Shown piece by piece: positions 10,560 to 20,906 of a DNA stretch of 64,000 nucleotides (position 1 is the stretch's first letter; each line of letters opens with the position of its first letter). The notes below the pieces were generated by a model. That model did no database searches. It saw nothing but the letters and a program-made list of their open reading frames with translations, and was not told the origin of the DNA. The stretch covers positions 13,210 to 77,209 of the forward strand of contig DYGU01000006.1 of NCBI GenBank assembly GCA_020724525.1. The letters run 5' to 3'. Origin of the DNA: Dehalococcoides mccartyi (GTDB taxonomy: Bacteria; Chloroflexota; Dehalococcoidia; GIF9; DYGU01). Made by a program: the position numbers and the translations under genes.

Positions 10560-11980
10560 TATAAACCTAAAAATTTCTTACCGCTTTGCAGTATTTTGGC
10601 GACTTTTTCTTTAGTGCTACTTTCGGCATAAAGCCGGACTAAGGGCTCGGTGCCAGAAAAGCGAATAAGGAGCCAGGAGCCATCAGCTAACACGAAGCGG
10701 AAACCGTCAGTGGTGTCCACCTGGGTTACTTTAACACCAGCAATGTATTCGGGGGAGGTCTGGGCTCGGTCAATAATTGTTGGACGCTTATGAGAAGGCA
10801 GAGGGAAATCAAGACGGTCATAGTAATGAGGTCCGGTTTTTGCGTAAAGGTAGTCTATTAGCTGGGATGGACCTTTACCCGTTTTAACCATAAAGTCAAG
10901 AAAGTAAAGGGCAGCAAGAATGCCATCCCGCTCCGGGACATGTCCCCTAAAGGCATAGCCACCACTTTCTTCTCCACCGATGAGGGCGTTTTTCTCCAGC
11001 ATTAATGGAGCTACATAAGGAAAACCTACAGGTGTCTCATAGACGTTAACCTGGAAAAGCTCTCCTAACCGATAAAGCATGTCAGTAGAACTTACGGTTT
11101 TAATTATGGGTCCCCTCTCCCCCCGCACTTCTAAGAAATAAAGGCTGAGTAACGCAAAGACCTGGTGGGGGTTAAGGAATTCCCCCTTTTCATCAATAAT
11201 GCCAATGCGGTCGGCATCGCCATCATTAGCCAGCCCCACATTGGCTTTTTGCTCCTTGACTAAGTTAGACAGCTTAATCAGGTTTTTGGCAATAGGCTCA
11301 GGCTGGATTCCGGGAAAGAGAGGGTTACGCTCGCTATTTATTTCTGTAATTTGCATTTTGCCACCCTGAAGGAGGGCCTGAAGATAACCAGCCCCAGTCC
11401 CATACATAACATCAATAATTACCTTCAATTGGCTTCGGCGCAGAGGCGTAAGGTCAATCAGTGACTTCAAGTGCTTCATATAAGACGGAGCTGGATCCCA
11501 GTAGTCCACAAGTCCCTTTTTAACAGCAGAGGCAAGAGGCAGTTGCTCTCGTTTGCCGGTAGATATAATGCGGGCAATTTGTTTTTCTACCTGGTTGATG
11601 ATGGGATGGGGAGCACTGGTTCCGTCTAAGGACTTGAATTTAAAACCGTTCCATAAAGCTGGGTTGTGGCTGGCGGTAATGATAATAGCGCCGTCAGCTT
11701 TAGCTGCGACCACGGCATAGCTTATTACAGGTGTTGGTGTTGGCTTAGGACAAAGGTGGACTTTAATTCCATTTCCAGCGACGACCTCTGCGGCTGCCGC
11801 GGCAAATTCCTCTGAAGCAAAACGAGTATCATAGCCAATGATAAGTCCCCCTTCGGGAGTGCCAGTTTCTTTCAGATAATTAGCCACACCCTGGGCGCAG
11901 ATACGCACATTATCAAAGGTGAAGTCTTCACCAATAATTCCCCGCCAGCCATCGGTGCCAAATTTGATTTTGGTGCTCAT
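10559..11980 (-). CDS. phosphoglucomutase/phosphomannomutase family protein
   Basis: 473 aa. The active-site serine loop TASHNPALWNGFKF and the Mg-binding DGDADR motif are present. Confidence 0.8.
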   Translation of the reverse strand: MSTKIKFGTDGWRGIIGEDFTFDNVRICAQGVANYLKETGTPEGGLIIGYDTRFASEEFAAAAAEVVAGNGIKVHLCPKPTPTPVISYAVVAAKADGAIIITASHNPALWNGFKFKSLDGTSAPHPIINQVEKQIARIISTGKREQLPLASAVKKGLVDYWDPAPSYMKHLKSLIDLTPLRRSQLKVIIDVMYGTGAGYLQALLQGGKMQITEINSERNPLFPGIQPEPIAKNLIKLSNLVKEQKANVGLANDGDADRIGIIDEKGEFLNPHQVFALLSLYFLEVRGERGPIIKTVSSTDMLYRLGELFQVNVYETPVGFPYVAPLMLEKNALIGGEESGGYAFRGHVPERDGILAALYFLDFMVKTGKGPSQLIDYLYAKTGPHYYDRLDFPLPSHKRPTIIDRAQTSPEYIAGVKVTQVDTTDGFRFVLADGSWLLIRFSGTEPLVRLYAESSTKEKVAKILQSGKKFLGL

Positions 11981-11997
11981 GTTTTTGGCGTCAAGCT

Positions 11998-13212
11998 CTA
12001 GGACAATCCTGCCTCTTTTCTCAAGATTTCAGCTTTATCAGTCTTTTCCCAGGGGAGGTCGAGGTCATCTCGTCCAAAGTGTCCGTAGACAGCGGTAGGG
12101 CGGTAGATGGGGCGGCGGAGGTTAAGCATCCTGATTATAGCTTCGGGGCGGAGGTCAAAGTGCTTTTTAATCAAGTCTAAGATAATCTCGTCAGACACTT
12201 TCCCGGTGCCAAAGGTCTCAATAGATAAGGAAAGAGGATGAGCCACGCCGATAGAATAAGCCACCTGCACCTCCAAGCGGTCGGCTAAACCAGCAGCGAC
12301 CAGGTTCTTGGCAATATACCGGGTCATATAACCAGCGGAGCGGTCAACTTTGGTGGGGTCTTTTCCGGAAAAGCAGCCGCCACCATGACGACAGGCTCCT
12401 CCATAGGTATCGACAAGGATTTTGCGACCAGTAAAACCAGTGTCAGAGACAGGTCCACCAATCACGAAACGCCCAGCAGAATTGATATAATATTTAGTTT
12501 TACTATCCAGCAAATCAGAGGAAATAACGGCTTTGATTACATTTTGTATCAAGTCACGCTTAATAGTATCGTGGTCAACTTCATCATCATGCTGAGCACC
12601 TAAGACAACACAGTCTACCCGTTTTGGTCTACCGTGATTATATTCTACAGTTACCTGGGATTTGCCATCGGGTCGCAAATAGGGGAGGACTTTCTCTTTT
12701 CTGACCCGAGCCAGCTGTCGGCACAGTTTGTGGGCTAAAGAAATAGGTAATGGCATAAGTTCTGGCGTCTCGGTGCAGGCAAAGCCAATCATCATTCCCT
12801 GGTCGCCAGCACCGGTCTTATCCAAAATCTCGTCGGTAACCTCACCTCCCCTTATCTCCAGGGACTTATCCACTCCGGCGGCAATATCCGGAGATTGTCC
12901 TTTAATGGAAACAACTACCCCACAGGTACGGTATTCAAAACCATACTCAGGACGAGTGTAGCCGGCTTCTTTAATCACCTGACGGACAATATCCGGAATT
13001 TCCACATAGCAATCGGTGGTAATTTCGCCCAGAACCATGATTAGTCCCATAGCCACAGCCGTTTCACAGGCAACTCGAGCCATAGGGTCTTTGGCTAAAA
13101 TGGCATCAAGAATAGCATCTGAAATCTGGTCGCAGAGTTTATCTGGATGCCCTTCGGTAACGGATTCTGAAGTGAAAAAGTAGGAATCAGCTTGGGCAAA
13201 AGTATTCAGCAT
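11998..13212 (-). CDS. metK: S-adenosylmethionine synthetase
   Basis: 404 aa. The [18 protein letters not shown]-terminal motif and the GGGAFSGKD loop are present. Confidence 0.9.
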   Translation of the reverse strand: MLNTFAQADSYFFTSESVTEGHPDKLCDQISDAILDAILAKDPMARVACETAVAMGLIMVLGEITTDCYVEIPDIVRQVIKEAGYTRPEYGFEYRTCGVVVSIKGQSPDIAAGVDKSLEIRGGEVTDEILDKTGAGDQGMMIGFACTETPELMPLPISLAHKLCRQLARVRKEKVLPYLRPDGKSQVTVEYNHGRPKRVDCVVLGAQHDDEVDHDTIKRDLIQNVIKAVISSDLLDSKTKYYINSAGRFVIGGPVSDTGFTGRKILVDTYGGACRHGGGCFSGKDPTKVDRSAGYMTRYIAKNLVAAGLADRLEVQVAYSIGVAHPLSLSIETFGTGKVSDEIILDLIKKHFDLRPEAIIRMLNLRRPIYRPTAVYGHFGRDDLDLPWEKTDKAEILRKEAGLS

Positions 13213-13266
13213 TTTTTCCTTTAATACGAACTGGAAGCCCGCCTCTAATCTTTCGGGCTAATTTTT

Positions 13267-13539
13267 TTATTTCAACTTCTCCTCAATTTTAGTTAATCTT
13301 TCACCCATCCATTTTTGCCCTTCTCTCAGTTCCTTTAATTCGTCGCCCATCCTTCTCTGTTCATCACCCATCCTTCTTTGTTCCTCTTTCAGTTCTTTTA
13401 ATTCATCGTTTATCCGTCCTTGCCCCTCTATCAATCTCCCTAAAAGAAGAGAACCTCGAATCACAAAACCGAGAAGCACCCCGAGCAAAATAGCAATAAG
13501 ATTGAGTATACCCACTATAACCCACAAAACCAGTTCCAT
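13267..13539 (-). CDS. small single-pass membrane protein with a repetitive coiled-coil tail (paralog 1 of 4)
   Basis: 90 aa with an N-terminal hydrophobic helix (LVLWVIVGILNLIAILLGVLLGFVI). It is followed by decapeptide-like repeats (DELKELKEEQRRMGDEQRRMGDELKELREGQKWMGERL). Similar architecture occurs at 25879, 35515 and 56549. Confidence 0.5.
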   Translation of the reverse strand: MELVLWVIVGILNLIAILLGVLLGFVIRGSLLLGRLIEGQGRINDELKELKEEQRRMGDEQRRMGDELKELREGQKWMGERLTKIEEKLK

Positions 13540-13731
13540 TCTTTATAATCACCTCCAAATCTGTTCGTGGGGGGAACCTAAAAGTATTTCCCTCCTTCAG
13601 GAATAATCACGCTTTTCAAATGTTAGCGTGAAATCTTCAGTCAAAAACATGTCTTTTCCTGACTTTCCTATCTTTGATTTTCCCTCCTCAGTGATTATTT
13701 TATCGCAACTATCAAAAATAATTCTTTTAAA

Positions 13732-14988
13732 CTAAGTCCCTGCCTCCCAGCTCTGGAGGTATTTTTTCTGCTCATCAGTTAAAGAATCAATAGTTATATT
13801 CATGCTCATAAGCTTAAGCCTGCCTACTTCTGTGTCAATTTCCTCCGGCACCGGGTAGACTTTTGGCTCAAGCCTTTGTTGCCTTTTAGCCAGATATTCT
13901 ATACATAGAGCCTGGTTGGCAAAGCTCATATCCATAACACTCGCCGGGTGCCCTTCGGCAACAGCTAAATTGACAACCCTGCCTTCAGCTAAGAGATAAA
14001 GGCGTCGTTCATCTTCCAAAGTGTATTCGTCAACAAAGGGTCGTATTTGCCTTTTACTCTGTGCCAATTGCTCTAAACCCGGGATGTTTATTTCCACATT
14101 AAAGTGACCGGCATTTGCCAGAATAGCCCCGTCTTTCATTTCTCTAAGATGCTGTCCATCAATAACATTGGTATTGCCAGTAGCGGTGATGAAGACATCA
14201 CCCATTTTAGCTGCTTCTAACAGGGGCATAACCTGATAGCCATCCATTATAGCTTCCAGAGCGGCTATCGAGTTAACCTCAGCTATGATTACTCGCGCTC
14301 CTAAGCCTTGAGCCCGACGAGCCACACCCTTGCCGCACCAGCCATAGCCACAGACTACCACTTTCTTCCCTGCCCAGAGGATATTGGTTGCCCGAGTAAT
14401 GCCGTCTATAGTACTCTGACCGGTACCATAACGGTTATCGAAGAACCTCTTGGTGCGTGCCTCGTTTACGGCAATAATAGGATACTTTAATTTTCCATCT
14501 CTTTCCATATTCTTAAGCCGGATAACACCGGTTGTTGTTTCTTCTGTACCACCAATAACATTAGTTACAAGTTTGGGATGCTCCTTATGGAGGGTAGTCA
14601 CCAGGTCAGCACCATCATCCATAGTCAATCGGGGGTGATGCTTGAGAGTGGCTAAAATATGCTGATAATAGGTCTTACTGTCCTCACCTTTAGTGGCATA
14701 AGTAGGTATGCCATATTCCACTAAAGCTGAGGCAACATCATCCTTGGTACTCAAGGGATTTGCTGCGCACAGAACTACTTGAGCCCCCCCTTCTTTCAAG
14801 GTTAAGACCAGATTGGCGGTTTCAGTGGTAACGTGGAGACAAGCTGAAACAGGAATTCCTTTTAATGGTTTTTCTTGGGCAAAACGCTCCCTGATTCTAT
14901 TCAGGACAGGCATTTCCTGACTTGCCCAATCTATGCGAAGTTTGCCCTGGGGTGATAAGGACGGGTCTTTGATATCATAATTTGCCAT
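13732..14988 (-). CDS. ahcY: adenosylhomocysteinase
   Basis: 418 aa. A Rossmann NAD-binding GYGWCGKG motif is present, together with SAH hydrolase substrate-domain motifs. Confidence 0.9.
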   Translation of the reverse strand: MANYDIKDPSLSPQGKLRIDWASQEMPVLNRIRERFAQEKPLKGIPVSACLHVTTETANLVLTLKEGGAQVVLCAANPLSTKDDVASALVEYGIPTYATKGEDSKTYYQHILATLKHHPRLTMDDGADLVTTLHKEHPKLVTNVIGGTEETTTGVIRLKNMERDGKLKYPIIAVNEARTKRFFDNRYGTGQSTIDGITRATNILWAGKKVVVCGYGWCGKGVARRAQGLGARVIIAEVNSIAALEAIMDGYQVMPLLEAAKMGDVFITATGNTNVIDGQHLREMKDGAILANAGHFNVEINIPGLEQLAQSKRQIRPFVDEYTLEDERRLYLLAEGRVVNLAVAEGHPASVMDMSFANQALCIEYLAKRQQRLEPKVYPVPEEIDTEVGRLKLMSMNITIDSLTDEQKKYLQSWEAGT

Positions 14989-16541
14989 TATTCCACCTTC
15001 TTTAAGATTAGCCCAATGATCTTAGACAATGACTGGGCAGTATCCACTATTATATGGCTTTCTGGGGGAAATTCTACCACCCGCTCAAAGTCTTGTTTCT
15101 GTGGCTCAAAAATCTCCCAGCGTCCATCAGAAATAGTTCCCTCCTTAAGTCTCTGTTCCAGACGCTTTTTAGCTATTTCTTCATCAAGAATACATTCAAT
15201 AACTAAAAAATCAGCGCCTATTTTATCAGCTATCTTCCTGGCTTGTAATCTGTCAGTCCTTTTCTTGAAGGAAGCATCCAGAATCACCGACTGCCCTTGA
15301 GACAGAAGTTTTTCAGCTTCAGCGAGCATCGCATCGTAAGTCCGGCGAGAAAAGTCTTCAGAATAGATGCCAGTCTTGAATTCATCAAAGCGATGTTCTG
15401 TTAAAGGAATACCGGCTAATTTTTTCCGTGTAACATCTGAGGAAATGATTACCAGTCCTAATCTCTGGCTTAAAGCTTGAGCCAGAGTGGTTTTACCTGT
15501 GCCCAAAAGTCCGGTAGTTATAAAAAGAAGCGGTCTTTGCCGTGTATAATGGTAAGCCAGGCCAAAATAGCCCTGGGCGACAGCTAATATTCTCTCCTTT
15601 TCCGTAGTTAGAATATAGGGGTCGTCCAGTTTAAAACTTTCTACCTTACCCCGGACATAGGCTCGATAACATTTATAGAAATTGAGGAGCTGAGTAAGCC
15701 CTTTATCCTGGCTCAATTGAATATAAGCGGTAATGAAGTGGTAGGATAGGTCAGCCCGAGCGTAATGGTCTAAGTCCATAGCCAAAAAAGCGATTTCAGA
15801 AGCTACGTCGCAGTACCGGAAGCGGTCGTTAAACTCAATGCAGTCATAAATAAAGATGCCGTTAGTAAAGCAGATATGAGCAGCATGAAGATCACCATGG
15901 CAGTCTCTTATTCGCTTTTGCTTGATCCGTTCCAGAAACAGAGAAGCATTTTTCTCCAGAAAGTTATCAGTATAGTGCTTAATATGGTGATATTTCTGAG
16001 GAGAAATAGAAATACCGATATACTTTTCCGTTTGGGTGAAGTTCTCATCGGTATTTTTCCTGACGGTGCTAACTTCGCCGAAAGCACTGACCTCCAGATT
16101 TGTTTTAGCTTTCTTATGGAAGATGGCTAATTTTTCGGCTACTTTGGTTACCATCTCTGGTGTTACCTGGCTAGCTTGAAGCAAGACATTCATCATCCTT
16201 TCTTGAGGTAACTGGCGCATCTTTATGGCATATTCTATGGCTTTTCCTTTACCCTCAAGGCAAATTTGCCCTTTTCCCTTAACAATGGGCACTACAGATA
16301 GATAAATTTCGGGACAAAGACGCCGATTTAACTTCACTTCTTGATGGCAGAAAAATCGGCGCTTTCCCAGGGTAGTGTAGTCCAGGTATCCAAGGTTGAC
16401 CGGTTTTTTCACCTTGTATACATAATCACCAGTCAGCAGAAGAAAGGACATTTGAGTTTGTATCAGGTCTACTTTTTTGGGGGTGTGGGGATAAGCCTGG
16501 GGATTGAGCAGGGCTTTGATTAAAGTGGGTAGCTCAGCCAT
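14988..16541 (-). CDS. bifunctional aminoglycoside-phosphotransferase-like kinase / P-loop ATPase fusion protein
   Basis: 517 aa. The N-terminal ~330 aa carry an APH-type catalytic loop ([12 protein letters not shown]). The C-terminal ~170 aa carry a Walker A motif ([14 protein letters not shown]). It shares one nucleotide with ahcY, suggesting translational coupling. Confidence 0.6.
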   Translation of the reverse strand: MAELPTLIKALLNPQAYPHTPKKVDLIQTQMSFLLLTGDYVYKVKKPVNLGYLDYTTLGKRRFFCHQEVKLNRRLCPEIYLSVVPIVKGKGQICLEGKGKAIEYAIKMRQLPQERMMNVLLQASQVTPEMVTKVAEKLAIFHKKAKTNLEVSAFGEVSTVRKNTDENFTQTEKYIGISISPQKYHHIKHYTDNFLEKNASLFLERIKQKRIRDCHGDLHAAHICFTNGIFIYDCIEFNDRFRYCDVASEIAFLAMDLDHYARADLSYHFITAYIQLSQDKGLTQLLNFYKCYRAYVRGKVESFKLDDPYILTTEKERILAVAQGYFGLAYHYTRQRPLLFITTGLLGTGKTTLAQALSQRLGLVIISSDVTRKKLAGIPLTEHRFDEFKTGIYSEDFSRRTYDAMLAEAEKLLSQGQSVILDASFKKRTDRLQARKIADKIGADFLVIECILDEEIAKKRLEQRLKEGTISDGRWEIFEPQKQDFERVVEFPPESHIIVDTAQSLSKIIGLILKKVE

Positions 16542-16556
16542 TGAAAGTTGTCTTTT

Positions 16557-17081
16557 TTAAATTGGCAGTCTGGGGCGACATTGACTGCAGAAAGTAGCTT
16601 GTTTCCAGTCAGTGTCAGCTAAGCAATTAGAAAAGCGCATAACACATTTTGAGTTGGAACAGTGGCGTAGACCAAAAGTGTGTCCCAGTTCATGCACCAT
16701 TTCCTTAAGGGCTCTTTCCAAAAATAAAGCCTTATCTGGTGGCAAGCCATAGAATTCCTGGCGCAAGCGACACAAGGAAATGATAGCCACCCCGGAATTA
16801 ATATCAGCTTCGCCAAAGACAAAATTAAGTCCCGGAGCATAGAGGTCAACATCGGCTATTCCGAGGAGCTTTTCTTCCTTTTCTTTACCCAGGGCATTAA
16901 GAGAAGACAAGAGAAATGAAGACTGATATTGCTTTCGCTTCGGGTCATAAGCTCGGTCAAGGTCACCAATTCCCGGCTTCATCTCCACCGGACAGCCAAA
17001 AACCGGCGCCAGTTTCTCCTTCAACTCCTCAAGGGGGTGATTATCAATAGTGCCCACAGGTCTAAGGGTTATTTTCATCAC
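16557..17081 (-). CDS. amzA: archaemetzincin-family zinc metallopeptidase
   Basis: 174 aa. The HELGHTFGLRHC...C...C..C zinc-binding signature defines archaemetzincins. Confidence 0.75.
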   Translation of the reverse strand: MMKITLRPVGTIDNHPLEELKEKLAPVFGCPVEMKPGIGDLDRAYDPKRKQYQSSFLLSSLNALGKEKEEKLLGIADVDLYAPGLNFVFGEADINSGVAIISLCRLRQEFYGLPPDKALFLERALKEMVHELGHTFGLRHCSNSKCVMRFSNCLADTDWKQATFCSQCRPRLPI

Positions 17082-18057
17082 TTAGCCAACGTCGCCTCGC
17101 TTCTAATAGACGCAAGCTCGCTATCTCTTTGTTAGATTTTCTCGAATAGTTAGCTTTCTTGGCTACTACAGACCTTTGTTTGGCTATTTTCTCCTTTAGC
17201 CAGGTTCTCAATTTACGAGCGTCTTCTCTAACGATAAACTCGATTTTATCCCCAGCCAAGGTAATTTGGTCATAATTTAGTTTTCTTTTTATGATGTCCA
17301 TTAATTCAACATCTATCTCATAGCCATAGCTGTTTCTGCCCAATATTCGTGCCATTTTGGTAGTAGTCCCCGAACCTAAAAAGGGATCAATCACTGTCTC
17401 TCCTACAAAGGAAAAAAGCTTTATTAGGCGATAGGGTATTTCCTCAGGGAAGGCTGCTATCCCTTCTTCAATCCTGCCTGGAATAGGTAACACGTTGGTA
17501 ATATCCCAAACAGTTAAATACCATTTATTCCCCTGATATTCGCCGACATCAAGACGAGAAGATTGCTTTACGTTCATATTAAGTTGCTTCAAGTAGTTGT
17601 AGTCGAATTTGCCCTTTTGGAAGATTAAGATGCTCTCCTGGATATTATCTGGGTAAAAATACATAGGGTAGGGGTGTTGAAGAACCACGCCACTTCTACG
17701 GCTTATTCGAGTATATCCTTCGGGCTTTCGCCAGACTATCTTGTCCCGGTATCGAAACCCGGCATCGATCATTATCCTCGTTATATCAGCCACCACAGGA
17801 TACTTTTCACCATTCACCAGCATATCATCAGTAACATAAGCTGCTACCCTACCAGGAGCCAACACCCTGTGAAGTTCTTTAGCCAAGGCTTTCAGTAAAT
17901 GAAGAAAATCTGCATAATCCATGAACAGGCCTGGATAATCAAAAGGGGCGTTATAGTAAGGTGGTGAAGTCACCATCAGATGCACAGTTTCATCCTCGAT
18001 TTCTTTCATACTCCGGCTGTCCCCGAAAATTAACTTATGCCATGAATTGACCATCAT
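17062..18057 (-). CDS. DNA methyltransferase, beta-class amino-MTase (SPPY motif IV suggests N4-cytosine)
   Basis: Motif IV VTSPPY lies upstream of motif I VIDPFLGSGTT. The start is placed at MMVNSWHKLIFGDS, which has a GGGGGT Shine-Dalgarno-like sequence 4 nt upstream. The track ORF extends to 18141. Confidence 0.75.
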   Translation of the reverse strand: MMVNSWHKLIFGDSRSMKEIEDETVHLMVTSPPYYNAPFDYPGLFMDYADFLHLLKALAKELHRVLAPGRVAAYVTDDMLVNGEKYPVVADITRIMIDAGFRYRDKIVWRKPEGYTRISRRSGVVLQHPYPMYFYPDNIQESILIFQKGKFDYNYLKQLNMNVKQSSRLDVGEYQGNKWYLTVWDITNVLPIPGRIEEGIAAFPEEIPYRLIKLFSFVGETVIDPFLGSGTTTKMARILGRNSYGYEIDVELMDIIKRKLNYDQITLAGDKIEFIVREDARKLRTWLKEKIAKQRSVVAKKANYSRKSNKEIASLRLLEARRRWLSDENNP

Positions 18058-18077
18058 TTTACCCCCATTATATTTTG

Positions 18078-18425
18078 TTAGTAGGCTCTCCATGTCAAAT
18101 TCCGCTTGCAATTTTTGCTTAATATACAATAACCTGAGCAACCGATTGGACTAGCAATTTCACAGTGCTCAATCTTTTCACATGAGTCACAGCTAATACC
18201 CATAAGGTTGTCCGGGCAACAACTGAAGCCGATGCGAAACGCACCGTGGTCAACCATTATGCAATCTTTACTCAACTTGCTTACTACATCTTGAATTAGT
18301 GGTCTCATATCTACGGCACTAATAACATTCCATCCTTCACCTTTGCCTTGTTTCCGTTCGTGAATTATCTCGGGAACCATACCTGTCCTTGAAAAAATCT
18401 TTCCTACGTGCCCATCTATGGGCAT
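18078..18425 (-). CDS. hypothetical Cys-rich protein (possible C-terminal half of a disrupted restriction-enzyme-like gene)
   Basis: 115 aa with a CC...C..C...C...C..C cluster. Its reading frame stays open upstream to 18470 in frame +1 relative to ORF 18464..19027. This suggests one gene broken by a frameshift. Confidence 0.3.
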   Translation of the reverse strand: MPIDGHVGKIFSRTGMVPEIIHERKQGKGEGWNVISAVDMRPLIQDVVSKLSKDCIMVDHGAFRIGFSCCPDNLMGISCDSCEKIEHCEIASPIGCSGYCILSKNCKRNLTWRAY

Positions 18426-18463
18426 TTTAAAACTCGACTTGCTCCATTTCCCTTCAGAGACAT

Positions 18464-19027
18464 CTACACCAAGGGCTGGATGTCCACCCAGGAGATGAAT
18501 AGTCTTGCTGCCTTGTCTCGTAATACCGCTTCCAGAACTGGATTACTCTGCAATGAATTAAGCGCTTCATTGGGTGAGGCACGCTCGCCAAGCGTTGTTG
18601 AGAGTCTTTTGTTGTTTAGGAACATTTCATATATCAGAAATGCACCTACTCTCAAGACCATCCAGCCAAAGCGAGGTAAGACCCTTCCTATAGCCGGAGA
18701 TATTTTATAATCCTCTTTTAGAGGGACTAACCTGTCCATCCGACGAAGGACATTTTGTGGCTTCATGAAAAGGTCGTCACCGAAGGTTTTGTATATTTTA
18801 ACAGCAGTCAAACGAACTGAAGCAGATTTTGCTTGCTGGTCTAAAATAGCAAGTAAAAGCAAGAAACGCGTAGTCTTCTCTTTGTTGGTAGCAACCTCCT
18901 CGGGAAGTGCAGATAGAAGGGCTTTAAGTAAATCTGGTTGAAGAATTCTGCCAACTTGCTCCAATAAAGCAGTCATTAATTTAGTCTCAATCTCGGAAGC
19001 TTCAAGACCGACATGAGATTTAGCCAA
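18464..19027 (-). CDS. hypothetical protein (possible N-terminal half of a disrupted gene next to the MTase)
   Basis: 187 aa with no recognisable motif. It sits between the NTPase and the MTase. Confidence 0.3.
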   Translation of the reverse strand: MAKSHVGLEASEIETKLMTALLEQVGRILQPDLLKALLSALPEEVATNKEKTTRFLLLLAILDQQAKSASVRLTAVKIYKTFGDDLFMKPQNVLRRMDRLVPLKEDYKISPAIGRVLPRFGWMVLRVGAFLIYEMFLNNKRLSTTLGERASPNEALNSLQSNPVLEAVLRDKAARLFISWVDIQPLV

Positions 19028-19029
19028 GT

Positions 19030-19557
19030 TTATTCCTCACTTTTTTGCTCCAACCACCTCACCACCTCTTCCAGCACCTCCTCCCGGTTGGCTCTGGTCA
19101 CAATAAGCACCTTGACTTGGGGGTGGTGTTTGAGTTCATCAGCGAAGGGGTTGGGGGGAAGCATAATAGTGCCGAGGACTTTTTTGCCGCTGTTTATGGC
19201 TTCAAGAACAGCTTTTTTAAACTGGGGGCAGAAAAGCTCCATCTTGCCAATTTCGTCAATAATTATTAAGTCGTCTTCTTTAATGGCTCGGTGAAGGGCA
19301 GAAACACCAACTCGCTCCAGATTCTTAATATCGACCCCATATTTGCTGACGCGGTAAGGAGTAGGAATGTTAACGTGAGCCAGGATAGCTTCTTGTCCAT
19401 CTAAAGTGACAATCTTAAACCCTTGCCTTACCCTGCCTTGGCGAATTTCTTCAGTATAGAATCCACCAGCTTTGACTTTTAGTCTGCCAATAGTTTCTCG
19501 GATGAGGGTAGTTTTCCCTGTCCCTGGTTCACCCGTAAGCAGATAAACTTTCTTCAC
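19030..19557 (-). CDS. nucleoside-triphosphatase THEP1 family (COG1618)
   Basis: 175 aa. Walker A GEPGTGKTTL and a DEIGKMEL Walker B motif are present. Confidence 0.75.
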   Translation of the reverse strand: MKKVYLLTGEPGTGKTTLIRETIGRLKVKAGGFYTEEIRQGRVRQGFKIVTLDGQEAILAHVNIPTPYRVSKYGVDIKNLERVGVSALHRAIKEDDLIIIDEIGKMELFCPQFKKAVLEAINSGKKVLGTIMLPPNPFADELKHHPQVKVLIVTRANREEVLEEVVRWLEQKSEE

Positions 19558-19838
19558 TCACTGTCTGGTTTAGTCGAAACTTCCTTTTTTGGTCTGCCTC
19601 TCTTCTTTGGAGCTGGTGGTGCTTCAGCGGCGCTAACCCCGGCCAATGGCTTAGCGGCTGGAGCTTTGGGTTTTCTTCGGACAACTCTCTTCTTCGGAGG
19701 TGCTTCAGCAACAGCCTCTGCTACTGGTGCGGCAGTTACCGCAGCCAGGCTGGCTAAAGCCTGGGCTCGCCTTCTTTCCTTGAGCTTTCTCAAGCGCCGG
19801 CGGTGTTTTAAGGCTGCCATGCGTTTACGCTTGTTCAT
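19554..19838 (-). CDS. highly basic Ala/Lys/Pro-rich protein with AT-hook (KKRGRPKK), histone-H1-like
   Basis: MNKRKRMAALKHRRRLRKLKERRR...APPKKRVVRRKPKAPAAKPLAGV...PKKRGRPKKEV. The sequence is low complexity with a GRP AT-hook core. It overlaps the NTPase gene by 4 nt. The start is placed at an internal Met. Confidence 0.5.
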   Translation of the reverse strand: MNKRKRMAALKHRRRLRKLKERRRAQALASLAAVTAAPVAEAVAEAPPKKRVVRRKPKAPAAKPLAGVSAAEAPPAPKKRGRPKKEVSTKPDSE

Positions 19839-20023
19839 AGCTATCTTTAATAATACTACAATTTTGTGGAGACTGGCAAAGGAGCCCCAGGTCTTCAGGC
19901 AATAAATTAAGGTAGTCAAGTGGTAATAAGAAAGATTGTTTATAAACTCCAACTTTTATATCTGAAGTTCATTTTACCTAAATACAAAATAAGGCATTGC
20001 TCAACACTCTCGTAGTAATAAGA

Positions 20024-20132
20024 GGTTGTTTACCAACGCTTGTCCACCACCCTGAACAAGGCAGAGAAACCCTCACCTACCCTCTCCCTTGAAGGGAGAG
20101 GGATAAGGTGAGGGTGACAAAATAAACACTCT
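20024..20132 (+). repeat. intergenic repeat family A, full copy (~110 bp) with a central 10-bp-stem hairpin
   Basis: The left part is gttgtttaccaacgcttgtccaccaccctgaacaaggcagagaaaccc. The centre is cctctcccttGaagggagagg, a perfect 10+10 palindrome. The right part is ataaggtgagggtgacaaaataaacactctc. Related copies lie at 20766, 26262 (reverse), 34267 (reverse), 4641 and 38270. Confidence 0.7.
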
Positions 20133-20530
20133 CAATAAACCGTTTTTAGCTGTCTTTTGAGTCCTTCCTGGCATTCGCGGCGAGATAGACTGGGAGTCCA
20201 GTTGCGACAGGCTGCCGGTCGGAAAGGATAAATGGTGCGTACGGCCTTTTCCTCCTGGTATTTCAGGAAAACACAGGCGTCACCCTGGCGACGTAAGAGA
20301 TAAGTCCCTGGCTTCAGGGGATATTCCTGGATATATTTCTGGTAGAATTCAAGTACAGGCATATTTAAGGCTCGGGCTATAGTGGCAATTTCACCTTCAT
20401 CAATGGGTGGTTGCCATTTAGTGCAGCAAGTGCCGCAGCAAAGGCAGGGAATAACTTGAGGCTCAATTCCCCCACGCTGCAAATCATATTCTATTTCTTT
20501 CCAGCTTATAGTGCGTAAAATTACTTTCAT
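20132..20530 (-). CDS. YkgJ-family Fe-S/zinc-chelating protein (CxxCxxCC motif)
   Basis: CLCCGTCC...C motif. The start is placed at the internal Met MKVILRT. Confidence 0.55.
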   Translation of the reverse strand: MKVILRTISWKEIEYDLQRGGIEPQVIPCLCCGTCCTKWQPPIDEGEIATIARALNMPVLEFYQKYIQEYPLKPGTYLLRRQGDACVFLKYQEEKAVRTIYPFRPAACRNWTPSLSRRECQEGLKRQLKTVY

Positions 20531-20543
20531 GGCTTTTGAGTGG

Positions 20544-20741
20544 TTAACTTTTTCTGTAAACCTCCACAAATCTCTTTAGGGAGCGGTCATAAGTCCTTTC
20601 TATTTCCGGAGGGAATAAGCAGCCGGGTAGTTGATTATATTTCCAGTGGTAAGAGAGACAGTCGCAGCACTTTCCCTTTCGTTCACAGGGCTCGTAAGTG
20701 CAGGTGCATTTAGCCTTGTTTATTTCCAACTGGCATTCCAT
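20544..20741 (-). CDS. small cysteine-rich protein (8 Cys in 65 aa)
   Basis: MECQLEINKAKCTCTYEPCERKGKCCDCLSYHWKY. It sits immediately upstream of, and is co-oriented with, the YkgJ-like gene. Confidence 0.4.
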   Translation of the reverse strand: MECQLEINKAKCTCTYEPCERKGKCCDCLSYHWKYNQLPGCLFPPEIERTYDRSLKRFVEVYRKS

Positions 20742-20765
20742 ACTTAACCTCCTGTATGAGCGATT

Positions 20766-20906
20766 GATTACCAATGCTTATCCACCATCCTGGGGGGTCA
20801 CCCTCCCTCTGACTCCCTCCCTTGACGGGAGGGAGTATCATTCCCCCCTACCCTCTCCCTTGAAGGGAGAGGAATAAGGTGAGGATGACAAAATAAAGAC
20901 TCTCAA
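20766..20906 (+). repeat. intergenic repeat family A copy with a duplicated hairpin module
   Basis: ttaccaatgcttatccaccatcctg is followed by ctccctcccttgacgggagggag, a second hairpin. That is followed by ccctctcccttgaagggagaggaataaggtgaggatgacaaaataaagactctc. Confidence 0.7.

Noticed and set aside
13540-13731. Possible SAM or SAH riboswitch near metK/ahcY
   Set aside because: The only sizeable non-coding stretch here lies upstream of the small coiled-coil gene, not metK. It lacks the conserved SAM-I (cttatcaagagaggtggagggactggcccgatgaa) or SAH-riboswitch motifs. Only a simple hairpin is present.
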